Shown: positions 20,489-30,437 of the stretch, in pieces | Position numbering within the stretch: position 1 is the first letter of the stretch | Layout: the number at the start of each line of letters is the position of its first letter | NCBI GenBank assembly: GCA_016926735.1 | Contig: JAFGOA010000063.1 | Span: 1 to 64,000, forward strand | DNA from: Promethearchaeota archaeon | Lineage (GTDB): Archaea > Asgardarchaeota > Lokiarchaeia > Sigyniarchaeales > SOKP01 | DNA: 64,000 nt | Direction of reading: 5' to 3' | Translations under genes and position numbers: made by a program | The notes under the pieces: model-generated | What the model was told of the DNA's origin: nothing | Database searches by the model: none | What the model saw: only the letters and a program-made list of their open reading frames with translations

Positions 20489-21880
20489 TTAAGTTGATTT
20501 TATTAATTCTCTAAGAAGCATTGTAGCATAAGAACCTTTATTTAAAGAGAATTCGAATTTTAGCTTCTTGTTTTCTGGATAAATTTCATCCTCAACAATT
20601 TTTATTATTTTAAGACCAATTGGTTTTATTGTGATTGCTCTATATGATCCTTTCATTTTAAATTTTTCAAAAAATTCACTTTGAAAAATTTCTGAACTGA
20701 TTCCTTCTTCATCTATAATCTTTTGAAATATATCTTCCATAAGTGGAAATTCACTAAGATCTGTATGATATCCTACAATTGGAGCCACAATAACGGCTTT
20801 ATCTAACTCAATAGCTTTTTTTAAGAATTGATCATAACTCTCTCCAAAAATATAACTTACATTTGTAATATTTCCTTTTGTATCATCTAAAATACAGACT
20901 CGATCACCTTCAATTGGGTTAAATAATGAAATTCCCTTTTTAACTCTTAAAGAAAGCATTTTATTAAATATATATGATTGAAATGCATTAACTATTAGAT
21001 TAAGAACATTTGGATTTAACCTTTTAAAAGCACCCTCAAAATCATTAGGATTATTTATTATATGATATATAAGTTTACTTTCATAGGATAAGCTTTTGGG
21101 AAATTCTCTATAAAGTTGTTGAAGAGCCTCTGGGGTATTTAAAGATAATCCAATATTGTTTCTAATTTTACTTAATTCTATATTTTCTGTAGAGTATGTA
21201 TTACTCACAAATTCTTTGAAAGCACTCTCATAATCTCCCTCTAATAAAAACCTCCCAATAAGGTGAGAATTTGGACGATAAGTGCCAAATCTTTGCAATC
21301 CAAAGAAGTTAGGGATTCCTTTTTTTGACAATATATCAAAAATTTGATTTATTTTAAATTCTAAATTCTCTTTATTTTCAATATTTCTAATTGTAATACT
21401 AAAATTATTTCCCCTATTGCTTCCTAACATCACAGGTTTTTTAGAAGGATAAATGGATCGTATAAAAGTATCTCTTAATTTAAGCTTTTTAAGCTCTTTA
21501 ATATAGTTTCCTCGTATTGAAATCTTCTGTACACTTATAGAACATTTATCTTTCAATCCAGAGTAGAAAATATGCTCTTTTGGTATATGTAATGCTCTTC
21601 TTATCTCTTTAAGTGCATTGAATGTGTCTTTATTAATTTTAATTAGATTAAAATTCGTAAATTTGTCTTTTTTTTCTGAATATGAAGGACTTTCTCTATC
21701 TTCTTTTATTTCTAAAATCTGCCCTGATTCCGTTATCTCTTTTACAATAAAATCTTTAAAATTATCCTTATAAATTCCCCCTATTCCCTCTATTTCAGGA
21801 GTTGAATAGATTTGTATTCCTGTAAAATTCTCTATCTCTTTCTCATTATCTGCATTTTTAAAAGTATAATTAAAATTCAT
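20489..21880 (-). CDS. truD: tRNA pseudouridine(13) synthase TruD/Pus7
   Basis: DFIVKEI, GLKDK (catalytic Asp), GNNFSITIR, PNFFGLQRFG, GSYATMLLREL. Confidence 0.95.
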   Translation of the reverse strand: MNFNYTFKNADNEKEIENFTGIQIYSTPEIEGIGGIYKDNFKDFIVKEITESGQILEIKEDRESPSYSEKKDKFTNFNLIKINKDTFNALKEIRRALHIPKEHIFYSGLKDKCSISVQKISIRGNYIKELKKLKLRDTFIRSIYPSKKPVMLGSNRGNNFSITIRNIENKENLEFKINQIFDILSKKGIPNFFGLQRFGTYRPNSHLIGRFLLEGDYESAFKEFVSNTYSTENIELSKIRNNIGLSLNTPEALQQLYREFPKSLSYESKLIYHIINNPNDFEGAFKRLNPNVLNLIVNAFQSYIFNKMLSLRVKKGISLFNPIEGDRVCILDDTKGNITNVSYIFGESYDQFLKKAIELDKAVIVAPIVGYHTDLSEFPLMEDIFQKIIDEEGISSEIFQSEFFEKFKMKGSYRAITIKPIGLKIIKIVEDEIYPENKKLKFEFSLNKGSYATMLLRELIKST

Positions 21881-21905
21881 AGATAATCAATTTTCTAGAT
21901 TTTGA

Positions 21906-22262
21906 TTATAATAGTTTAAGATTCCCAGTTATCTTATCAATCTTATTTGATAAATCTGGACCGATTCCTAGAGCTGTGGTGGTTCCTGGTTCTAATTGAG
22001 TCAATCCTGCATCATTTATTATAGAACAGATAATATTATTTCTTTTTAATTTTCCAAATATATCCTCTAATTCTTCAAGACTTTGTATTTTCAGAACAAC
22101 CTTCTTTTGACCCGAATTTATCCAATCTTTCCATATTTTTGTATTCTCTTTTCTAACCCTATTTGAAGAACTAATGCTTGCATGACAGGCCTGAGCACAC
22201 TTTTTTCCTGCTCCCATCTTTAAATCGGTTCTGATAACAATTATTTGCTTTATTTCTTCCAT
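21906..22262 (-). CDS. pth2: Peptidyl-tRNA hydrolase Pth2
   Basis: KQIIVIRTDLKM, GK..AQACHA, GQKKVVLK, DAGLTQ..PGT.TALGIGP. Confidence 0.95.
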   Translation of the reverse strand: MEEIKQIIVIRTDLKMGAGKKCAQACHASISSSNRVRKENTKIWKDWINSGQKKVVLKIQSLEELEDIFGKLKRNNIICSIINDAGLTQLEPGTTTALGIGPDLSNKIDKITGNLKLL

Positions 22263-22368
22263 AAAATTAATCCTATTGTTAAATTAAATTCCTTCATTAT
22301 TTATATCCTTTATAATATATAAGGATTTTAGGAAATTGAATAAAAATTGGAAAATAAGTTCTTAAAGT

Positions 22369-22878
22369 TTATTCATATTCTATTCTTACTATTTCTTCAG
22401 TTAATTCCATTACAAGCTCTTCTAACTCTTCTTTTGTAAAAAGAATTCGATCAATATCTTGTTTTTGGAGCACTGCCCGAAATTCAGTATCTCCAGTAGC
22501 TAAAAAGATTTCATTTAAAGATTTTACTTTCCCCGGTGAGATTAAAGCTTCAATTACTAGTCTAGGGTTATTGATTTTCTCAATTAGAATAATCTGATCT
22601 ATCTCATAGTTTTCTTTTATCCAATTTAATAGATCTTGCGAAAATTTTAATTTATCTCCCTTTCCTATAACAATAATAACAACATCCTCATAATCTATAG
22701 CTTTATAAAAGGATATTTTTTCTAAAAAACTAAACTTTCCACTCTCCTCTAATTCAAGTAAATCCTTCGCTAAATCTAATTCAAATGAAGTGATCTGTTC
22801 TTCATCCAATTTCTCTTGACAACTGGTACATAAAAATCCAGATTTTATACAGGTCTCACATGCAGGGAGAAATTTCAT
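22369..22878 (-). CDS. Archaeal NusA-like protein (N-terminal Cys4 cluster, KH-like domains)
   Basis: CETCIKSGFLCTSCQEKL N-terminus typical of the archaeal NusA paralogue. Confidence 0.65.
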   Translation of the reverse strand: MKFLPACETCIKSGFLCTSCQEKLDEEQITSFELDLAKDLLELEESGKFSFLEKISFYKAIDYEDVVIIVIGKGDKLKFSQDLLNWIKENYEIDQIILIEKINNPRLVIEALISPGKVKSLNEIFLATGDTEFRAVLQKQDIDRILFTKEELEELVMELTEEIVRIEYE

Positions 22879-22891
22879 AATAAAAAACCAT

Positions 22892-23086
22892 TTATAATTC
22901 TATTATGTCGCAACCAACATCTCTTAATAATCTTTCAGCAGAGCCAGGATCAGTTTTAAAGGTATATAATGACTTTTTTGTTCTTAATTTTAATTTAACA
23001 ATATCTTTTACTCTTATTACTCGACAATGAACTGCTCGATCTGATATCTTTATAAACTCTTCTTCACTAAATATTTCTTTTGGCAA
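22892..23086 (-). CDS. rpl38e: Ribosomal protein L38e
   Basis: (M)PKEI...VKLKLRTKKSLYT; TTG at 23086 gives the canonical MPKEI start. Confidence 0.85.
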   Translation of the reverse strand: MPKEIFSEEEFIKISDRAVHCRVIRVKDIVKLKLRTKKSLYTFKTDPGSAERLLRDVGCDIIEL

Positions 23087-23306
23087 TTTAAACAACTATA
23101 ATATTTGTTATTGAAATAAATCCTTAGTATGTATTATCTTATTATTTATTAAATTTTAATTTTATCACTTGTGTTTTCTTAGAAGAATTATCCATCTCCA
23201 AAATTCTAACAGATTCAAAAATTTTATTTTATATGTATTTTTTCTTATATTAATCTCGAAGAGACTGGTTTTGTATAAAAAATAAATAAATAAAAATTGA
23301 ATTATC

Positions 23307-23468
23307 ATGCCACTTGATGACCCATATAAAAAAACAATTGCTCGCCATCACTTACTCATGAAAACAGTCTGCAGAAAATGTGGTTCTTTAAACCCATTAA
23401 AAGCAAAAAAATGCAGAAGATGTCATAGTAAGGATTTACGATTAAAGAAAAGAGAAGTATCAAAATAA
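23307..23468 (+). CDS. rpl40e: Ribosomal protein L40e (53 aa; below the ORF track cut-off)
   Basis: [53 protein letters not shown], translated by hand; CRKC/CRRC zinc ribbon and LRLKK. Confidence 0.93.
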   Translation: MPLDDPYKKTIARHHLLMKTVCRKCGSLNPLKAKKCRRCHSKDLRLKKREVSK

Positions 23469-23472
23469 TTTA

Positions 23473-23760
23473 TCAAACTGGTGAATCCTCACCAAAAAAT
23501 AGTTTTCTCTTTAATACTTTAATTTTAAGCTTTTCAATAACTTTTTCTATTTCCAAGATTTCTTCATAGTTTAATTTATCAAAAAAGATATCCTTAATAT
23601 AATTTTCACAGAAGTCTAATTCGGGATTAAAATATATTGAATATTTTAATAGTAGATCTATTTTTCTTTTTTGTAGATTTGGAATTAGATTTAAAGTTTC
23701 ATGCACTTTTTACCATAAAATTACATCATCTTTTTCCAATAATTCTTTTAAAACTTCCAT
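23473..23760 (-). pseudogene. Small hypothetical gene interrupted by an in-frame TAA
   Basis: MEVLKELLEKDDVILW*KVHETLNL...; ATG at 23760, TAA at 23710-12, same frame as the 77-aa ORF. Confidence 0.4.
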
Positions 23761-23794
23761 ATATCCATTAGTTTTGGTTTATATTTTGATGTTA

Positions 23795-24403
23795 TTATCG
23801 TTTTTGGAATATATAACAACGCCAACTCATATTATATATTTTTTTATCCAAAAATCCTTCTCGAACAAATTTAAATGAGCACTGACTTAGAATAAAATTT
23901 AATTTCTCAAATGAATAGAGATAAATCTTACGATCATAAATCTTATCTGCATTTTTAAATTTATCAATTCTTTCTCCTTGTCCATCTTGTGTAATAATCT
24001 CAATAAATCCCCCATCTCCTAATAAATTATAAAGAATTCGAAATAATTTAGGCATTTGTCCCTCTGAAATATGAATAATTGAACCTGAAGAAAAAATTCC
24101 ATCAAATAATCCTAAACTCTCATCTAACTCAAAAAAGTTTTTAACTAAAAAAGTACATTGTGGTGTCTTTTTTTTTGCAATCCTTATTGATTCTTCACTA
24201 AAATCTACTCCAACAACTTCTGCGCCTAAAGAGTGTAATCTCATACTTTCATGACCTGTACCACATCCTAAATCTAATATTTTAGGAGAATCATTAAAAT
24301 TAGATAAGAAATCTTTTATTGTTGGTAAAAGAATATTATTTGGATACCATTCTTCAGCACATTTTTCAGCATTTAGATCATAAAACCTTTTGATATTGTT
24401 CAT
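23795..24403 (-). CDS. Class I SAM-dependent methyltransferase
   Basis: ILDLGCGTG, VVGVDFS, FDGIFSSGSIIHI. Confidence 0.9.
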   Translation of the reverse strand: MNNIKRFYDLNAEKCAEEWYPNNILLPTIKDFLSNFNDSPKILDLGCGTGHESMRLHSLGAEVVGVDFSEESIRIAKKKTPQCTFLVKNFFELDESLGLFDGIFSSGSIIHISEGQMPKLFRILYNLLGDGGFIEIITQDGQGERIDKFKNADKIYDRKIYLYSFEKLNFILSQCSFKFVREGFLDKKIYNMSWRCYIFQKR

Positions 24404-24768
24404 GCTTCTCTCTTTAAAAAAAATACAACTTTATTTTTAACTTTTCTATTCATTTGAAATCTATTTTTGAGACTGTAAAATTAAAAATTAATTTCATGGA
24501 TTTTCTTAATACAGTAAATAAAAAAATAAAAGAAAAAAAAGTAAGAATAAAATCTTATTCATACTTCCATTTCCTTTATTTCTTTATTTCCAACCAAAAA
24601 ATAGTCTTTCGCCCAATATCCTTTACTAAGTAAAGACAAGTTAGATTAATTTAAATGATTTGAGGTACACTTTTCTAATTATTATACTATATAAACAGAA
24701 AAAAAAGAGTAGAAATACCTATAATGTAAAAAATACGGAAAATATTTATTATTGAGATACATTATTAT

Positions 24769-27018
24769 CTAAAATCTTGAAAATTCATTATTTTTCAGAT
24801 ACAAATTTAAAAAACGACCATTTCTTGTAGATGTTATTAATTTTTTCTTTTCTAATTTTCTTATATGATAATTAATTGTACTTGGTTTAAAATTAAGTCT
24901 ATTTGCAATAATCTTCGGAATTATGCCTGGTTGATTTTCAATAATATCTAATATTTTTAAACTTGTTTCTGATTTTATTAATTTATCCTTATATTTTTTT
25001 GAATGATTTTTTTCGCTTATTGGGTAGAAAATATTATATTGTCCAATTTTTCTTTTTTTGATTATTTCATGTTCTAATAAAACTCTTAAGTGCCATTGTA
25101 ATTGACCATTAGAAAGATTACATTCTCTTAATAATTCTTTAAAATGGATTTCTGAATTACTAAGGATTTTCTCAATTATATTCTGCCGGTTTTCATTATC
25201 AAATATCTTATCAAAATTAATCTTTGGAAAAGCTTCATTTTTAGTATCTCTCGATTTTAAATATTGTCTATATTCTTTTAGTGTAAGTCCCATAGAAAAT
25301 GAGATTAAAATTAATATTACTAATGCTATTAAAAGCAAGAAATAAGGAATTATAAAAATTAAGAAATCATTTGAAAATAACCCAATATTGTTTCTATAGT
25401 TATAATTTATCTGATAGTATTGAAGTGTAATTACACCTGCATTTAGGATAAGATTTATTCCATTAACAAGAGTATTTTTCTTAATTGTCTTTAATTTTTT
25501 TATAGATTTGTTGTCATTAAATAAAATACAACCACCAATCCCTAATATTAACATTGTTAGAATCAAATTAACATAAAAAAAATCTATAGAATAATCAATT
25601 GATTCTAATGAGAGAGTAATATACATAATTTCTATATCGTCTCCCCACGAACCATCTGTTGCATCTGACCATATTATATGTAAATTACCATTGGGATCAA
25701 AAGCCATTGATGGATTTGCGCTGTTATCGTCATTCCAATATATTTTGTTATTATCATCAGATATAATTGTAATATTTGACCATCCCGTTGCATTATTAAA
25801 ATGATTTAGCATAATTTCAGGATCACTTCCCCATATTCCACTAGTATGTCCTTGCCATGAAACATAAGGGTTTCCTAAATCATCCATAACTATATTTGGA
25901 AGCCAATTATCACGATTATTCCATTTTGTTTCATCATCAGATATAATTGTGGCATTCGACCAAGAATACCCATCATTTGAATAAACACTCATTATTTCTG
26001 TATTATTACCCCAAATACCATCTGTTTCATCCATCCATACTACAAATATCTCTCCTTGATGATTCACTGCTATTGATGGGAAATAAGACCATCCATTATT
26101 CCATTCTGTACCATTATAACCATCTGAAATAACCGTAGCATTTAACCATGTTTTCCCATCTAGAGAGGAGGAATATAAAATATCCATATCATCACCCCAA
26201 ATTCCATCAGAATTACCACACCAAACAAGATACAATTTTCCATTATCATCAAAGGTTATTCTTGGAGAAAAATAATCTCTTGAATAAAACTTGACCCCAT
26301 TATATTCATCTGAAATTACAGAAGCATTCGACCATGTTTTTCCATCTAAAGAAGAAATATACATAATTTTTGTATCACTTCCCCATATTCCATCTGTTTC
26401 ATCCTCCCATACTATATGAATCGTATTTGAATTATCAATTACCATATCTGGATAAGTGCTTACGCCATTATTCCAATATATTCCATCAAACCCATCTGAA
26501 ATTACCGTAGCATTCGACCAAGATATTCCATCTAAAGACGAGGTACACATTATTTCTGTGTCGCTTCCCCAAATTCCATCTGTATTATCTTCCCAAACGA
26601 CAAAAATCGTTCCATTATTATTGACGGAAATAGAAGGGTTTGCACTACTTCTATCATTCCAATATACTCCATTAAAACCATCTGAAATCACAGTAGCATT
26701 TGACCATGATAATCCATCTAAAGAAGAAGCATACATTATTTCAACATCGCTACCCCATACACCGTCTGTATTATCTTCCCAAACTATATGAAATCTTCCA
26801 AAAGAATCAATAAATATATCTGAATTAATACTATTGTTATCATTCCATAAATAACCCTCTACATCCTCTGAAATAATAATTGTATTCGAATTTTTAATTA
26901 AATTCCCCTTATTGAAATTTCGATGGCTTAAACTTAATGAAGGTTGAAATAAAGAAACTATCAATAATGAAAAAATTAATAATACTAATAATTTAATCTT
27001 CTTCATGCCGTTGATCAA
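24769..27018 (-). CDS. Membrane-anchored one-component regulator: signal peptide, 7 x ~62-aa Asp-box/BNR repeats (beta-propeller), 3 TM, tandem winged-HTH
   Basis: Repeat HIVWEDNTDG.WGSD.EIMY.SSLDG.SWSNATVISDG; C-terminal NENRQNIIEKI..HFKELLREC..SNGQLQWHLRVL and PGI...IANRL....STINYHIRKL. Confidence 0.8.
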   Translation of the reverse strand: MINGMKKIKLLVLLIFSLLIVSLFQPSLSLSHRNFNKGNLIKNSNTIIISEDVEGYLWNDNNSINSDIFIDSFGRFHIVWEDNTDGVWGSDVEIMYASSLDGLSWSNATVISDGFNGVYWNDRSSANPSISVNNNGTIFVVWEDNTDGIWGSDTEIMCTSSLDGISWSNATVISDGFDGIYWNNGVSTYPDMVIDNSNTIHIVWEDETDGIWGSDTKIMYISSLDGKTWSNASVISDEYNGVKFYSRDYFSPRITFDDNGKLYLVWCGNSDGIWGDDMDILYSSSLDGKTWLNATVISDGYNGTEWNNGWSYFPSIAVNHQGEIFVVWMDETDGIWGNNTEIMSVYSNDGYSWSNATIISDDETKWNNRDNWLPNIVMDDLGNPYVSWQGHTSGIWGSDPEIMLNHFNNATGWSNITIISDDNNKIYWNDDNSANPSMAFDPNGNLHIIWSDATDGSWGDDIEIMYITLSLESIDYSIDFFYVNLILTMLILGIGGCILFNDNKSIKKLKTIKKNTLVNGINLILNAGVITLQYYQINYNYRNNIGLFSNDFLIFIIPYFLLLIALVILILISFSMGLTLKEYRQYLKSRDTKNEAFPKINFDKIFDNENRQNIIEKILSNSEIHFKELLRECNLSNGQLQWHLRVLLEHEIIKKRKIGQYNIFYPISEKNHSKKYKDKLIKSETSLKILDIIENQPGIIPKIIANRLNFKPSTINYHIRKLEKKKLITSTRNGRFLNLYLKNNEFSRF
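25620..26850 (-). repeat. Seven intragenic ~186-bp repeats encoding propeller blades
   Basis: Recurring plus-strand ccatctgaaattaccgtagcattcgacca-like units at about 25940, 26120, 26310, 26495 and 26680; boundaries approximate. Confidence 0.8.
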
Positions 27019-27230
27019 GTTTAATATATTTACCCAAATAAAAAAAAAAAGTTGTTATATCTATCAATAATGAGATCTCATTTTAAATAATCTTCGTTAA
27101 ATCAATCACCAATTTTAATTTTGAAATTTTTAATTTCTATTCTCAATCAATATTGGGCTTTAAATCGTACTTTTAAATAACTTACAGTCGAAAATCAAAA
27201 AATTTCCTTAACTTTAATGATTCTTGAAAA

Positions 27231-27385
27231 ATTCAATATCGTCCCATATTCCTTTAAATATGGCTGAAAATGAAAGAGTATTATAATTTTAATAAAAATA
27301 AAATATCAAGTGAAAAAAATGCAAAAACAAAAATTAATTAAAATTAAAGCAAAACTTGTAATAGCTCTATTTTTAGTGAATATGA
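27231..27385 (+). repeat. Copy 1 of duplicated promoter + start + signal-peptide segment
   Basis: attcaatatcgtcccatattcctttaaatatggctgaaaa...aaataaaatatcaagtgaaaaaaatgcaaaaacaaaaattaa; ungapped match to copy 2 at offset 3052. Confidence 0.92.
27244..27263. promoter_or_regulatory. Palindrome CCATATT-N6-AATATGG overlapping a TATA-like TTTAAATA
   Basis: Perfect 7-bp inverted repeat, identical in copy 2 at 30296-30315. Confidence 0.55.
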
Positions 27386-30078
27386 TCTGTGGATTTGGAT
27401 TCTTAGCTTTAACATTAGCAGATGGTGGTGTTATGGGATTAAGTCTCTCATCTAATAATATTAAAGAAGGAGAAAGCATCACTATTACATGGTCTTATTT
27501 TCATCCTCCTTCTCCTGATGGTGGAAAAAATGATTATAGTGATTTTGATATACAAATTTATACAAGGGTAAAAGATCAAGATACAGGACAATGGGGGTCA
27601 TGGATTCATAGAGCTGGTGTTGATTGCAATTATCGTAAATATCAAAGTTATCCTCTCTCATTTGAAGAGGGTGGAATATACCAAATAAAATTAGTTCAAC
27701 ATGCTCGCAAATTAGGTCATACGGAATATGATGGGACATATCATTGGGTTGGGATTACAGGTAATTGGGTAAATGCTGAAGAGATCTCAAATGAAATTAC
27801 TGTAGAATATTCAATGAAAGTCCAATTAGATACAACTTATATGGAAGAAGGTGATAGCATCACAATCTCTTGGATTCTTATTAATAAAGAATGTAATGAT
27901 TATCTCGATGGATATCAATTAAGCTATTCTGATTATGATACTGAAATATGGATGCAAAAAGATTCTGGTGAGTTTACTAAAATTGCTACAGTAGATATGG
28001 TTGGTGCAAGTTGGATTAACGATAGATCACAAACACAGTATTATACAAAAATGATACTTGAATCTGGGAATTACAAATTCCTTCTAAAAGAATACTCTCG
28101 TGAAAAAGGATATGTTGATTTGAATCCTGATTTTTACAAACGAGAATGGCATGGTATTAGAGAAGATAATCTACTCTATGAAGAAGAAAGTGAATATCTA
28201 ACTGTAAAAAGTATCGTTGATTTAACTATAAGTGAATCTTATATAGAATTAGGAGAATCAATAATACTCAATTGGAATGTTCCCCAAATAGATCAATATT
28301 ATGATTATTATACATCTATTTATGAAAGTAGAAATGGAAAACCATGGGAAAATATCGAATCTATTGACGGTTCAGGATCAATATCTTATGAATATATACC
28401 TCAGAAACAAGGGATTTATATTTTTAAGGTTGATATCTATGCTAGGATTTTTAATTCTAATGATAATAATATTTCAGAAACAGGGAACTATTTATTGTTT
28501 AAGAACCAATCTACTAAACCATGTGAAGTAAATCTTGAAAATTTATATGATTTTAAGGATGATATTTTAGGTATGGTTCCAACTGGTTGGCAAAGAACTG
28601 AATATAAAACATCATCATTTGAAAATGCCGGAAATTCTAATGATCTATATACTAAAGTAGTCAATAGTGATCAACTAGATTTAGATATTCCCGATAGTAG
28701 TGATGCCTCCGGAAATATGATAGAATTTTATGCAACTAATTATGGAAGAAGCATCATTCAAAGAATAGGTAAAGAATTTAATATTCAAAATCTTGCTTCT
28801 GAAGAAGATAAAAAAGTAATTTATCTAAGTTTTGATATAGGGCATTCATATTGTGGATCTGACCAAGATAGAGGAGCAGAATTAGAGATAAAATTAGCAG
28901 GGCAGTATAATTGTTTTTCAATAAAATATAAATTGTCTATAGATCATGCTACAATTAGTATTGGTCATACAAATTATTATCCACATGATTTAGAATATTT
29001 AGATATGGAGGTTATTTATAACGAAATTCCTTCTTCAACTATGACCCATCTTGAATTTATATTATCCTTTGCTAATGATGATAATGGACTTACTAAAGCT
29101 ACTTGTCAATCATATGTTAATGGTGCATTTAATTCAATAAATTCTGCATCTCTTAGTGTATTATATGAATTAAAGAATATTTTTATATCTCATAATACAG
29201 CAATGTACCCAGCAAGCACATCAAAATTTTATTTAGATAATTTCTATTATGAAGTAATGGATATAGAAGGAGGAAGTGATTGGGAAGATGTGAAGTTTCC
29301 AATTCCAATAATGTATATAGAAGCTCCTCAAATTCCACGTCTTTATACTGATATATTCTTTTATTCTGCAGATAAAACTACTCATACATTTGATCTTACG
29401 CTTAGTATTCCTTTATATCTTACAGCTTCTATGCCTCTTACGTTTCCAATACCTTTAGATGAAGATATTAATTATGCTTATATCAATGAACGATCATTTA
29501 TATATTATGAAGGACAACCAAAACCAAGTGCTACAATTCTCTATCATAAAATTGAAAGTAAAGCTAAAATTACCCAAATTATGTTTCCTGGATCAAATAT
29601 AGTCGTTAGAACTGTATTTGCAGATTTTGATTTTAAAAATGCTGTTAGAACAACATGTAATGATCCTATTGATTATTTTAACGCTGATTTTGAGGATTTA
29701 GGTGACTTTATTCATAAATGCGGGGATTATTTCAATTGGATAAAAACAAATCCACAAAATGAAAATCTCGGATCATTTACATATGATTATGATTATAAAG
29801 GATATGATAAATTTGAAGATATAAAGGAACCTTGGATTAATGATGAATTGAGTTATTTATTTGACATTTCTCTCACAGAAAATGATTATTCAATAAATTT
29901 ATTCAGTATTCCATATGCCTATTTTGGAATTACGGCATCATATTCTTGTCTTAGAATTATGAAATATAGTATAATGTACCATTTTGATGCGGAACATACT
30001 AGTTGCTCTTTTTCTGTATGGCAACCTGAAAATTATTTTCCTCCATTTGGAATTCCTCAGATTCAAATAAGAGCATAA
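27310..30078 (+). CDS. Large secreted/surface protein (signal peptide, Ig/FN3-like repeats, LamG/ConA-like domain, unknown C-terminal domain)
   Basis: Basic N-terminus + hydrophobic stretch; three EG(E/D)SI..(S/N)W modules; LYDFKDD...FYLDNF jelly-roll-like segment; no C-terminal TM. Confidence 0.7.
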   Translation: MKKMQKQKLIKIKAKLVIALFLVNMICGFGFLALTLADGGVMGLSLSSNNIKEGESITITWSYFHPPSPDGGKNDYSDFDIQIYTRVKDQDTGQWGSWIHRAGVDCNYRKYQSYPLSFEEGGIYQIKLVQHARKLGHTEYDGTYHWVGITGNWVNAEEISNEITVEYSMKVQLDTTYMEEGDSITISWILINKECNDYLDGYQLSYSDYDTEIWMQKDSGEFTKIATVDMVGASWINDRSQTQYYTKMILESGNYKFLLKEYSREKGYVDLNPDFYKREWHGIREDNLLYEEESEYLTVKSIVDLTISESYIELGESIILNWNVPQIDQYYDYYTSIYESRNGKPWENIESIDGSGSISYEYIPQKQGIYIFKVDIYARIFNSNDNNISETGNYLLFKNQSTKPCEVNLENLYDFKDDILGMVPTGWQRTEYKTSSFENAGNSNDLYTKVVNSDQLDLDIPDSSDASGNMIEFYATNYGRSIIQRIGKEFNIQNLASEEDKKVIYLSFDIGHSYCGSDQDRGAELEIKLAGQYNCFSIKYKLSIDHATISIGHTNYYPHDLEYLDMEVIYNEIPSSTMTHLEFILSFANDDNGLTKATCQSYVNGAFNSINSASLSVLYELKNIFISHNTAMYPASTSKFYLDNFYYEVMDIEGGSDWEDVKFPIPIMYIEAPQIPRLYTDIFFYSADKTTHTFDLTLSIPLYLTASMPLTFPIPLDEDINYAYINERSFIYYEGQPKPSATILYHKIESKAKITQIMFPGSNIVVRTVFADFDFKNAVRTTCNDPIDYFNADFEDLGDFIHKCGDYFNWIKTNPQNENLGSFTYDYDYKGYDKFEDIKEPWINDELSYLFDISLTENDYSINLFSIPYAYFGITASYSCLRIMKYSIMYHFDAEHTSCSFSVWQPENYFPPFGIPQIQIRA

Positions 30079-30140
30079 CTACCTTTTTTTTTTCTTTTTT
30101 TTCTATTCTAATTATAAATACTAACAATTTAAAATCTACA

Positions 30141-30173
30141 AAATAAAATCAAACAATTTTTTAAAAATTCTGA
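30141..30173 (+). repeat. 3' intergenic motif, copy 1 (AAATAAAATCAAA.AATTTTTTAAAAATTCTGA), after a T-tract
   Basis: Similar copies at about 33963-33990 and 35100-35132. Confidence 0.6.
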
Positions 30174-30282
30174 GTTGGATTTGAAAAAAAAAACTGTTTT
30201 GGATTCTTCATATCATTTGAGAAGTCTTTAATAATACAATTCTGATAAATTTTTTTTTCATACAATTTTTTAAAATTTCCAT

Positions 30283-30437
30283 ATTCAATATCGTCCCATA
30301 TTCCTTTAAATATGGCTGAAAATAAAAGAGTAATATAATTATATTAAAAATAAAATATCAAGTGAAAAAAATGCAAAAACAAAAATTAACAAAATTTAAG
30401 GCGAAACTTGTTATAGCACTATTTCTTATCAATATGG
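30283..30437 (+). repeat. Copy 2 of duplicated promoter + start + signal-peptide segment
   Basis: Matches 27231-27385. Confidence 0.92.

Noticed and set aside
24560-24645. Minus-strand peptide SKGYWAKDYF (IS200 TnpA-like) and palindrome CTTTACT-A-AGTAAAG
   Set aside because: Too short, with no HUH motif or rest of a transposase; cannot be supported as a mobile element.
24611-27158. 9-bp inverted match GCCCAATAT/ATATTGGGC flanking the sensor gene
   Set aside because: Too short to exceed chance; no target duplication or transposase.
4443-28531. Short overlapping ORFs inside recognised genes (e.g. 4443, 11230, 11613, 12013, 13054, 13824, 14222, 15133, 15977, 16789, 18639, 19759, 25947, 26456, 27485, 28301)
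   Set aside because: Shadow or alternative-frame ORFs without motifs.
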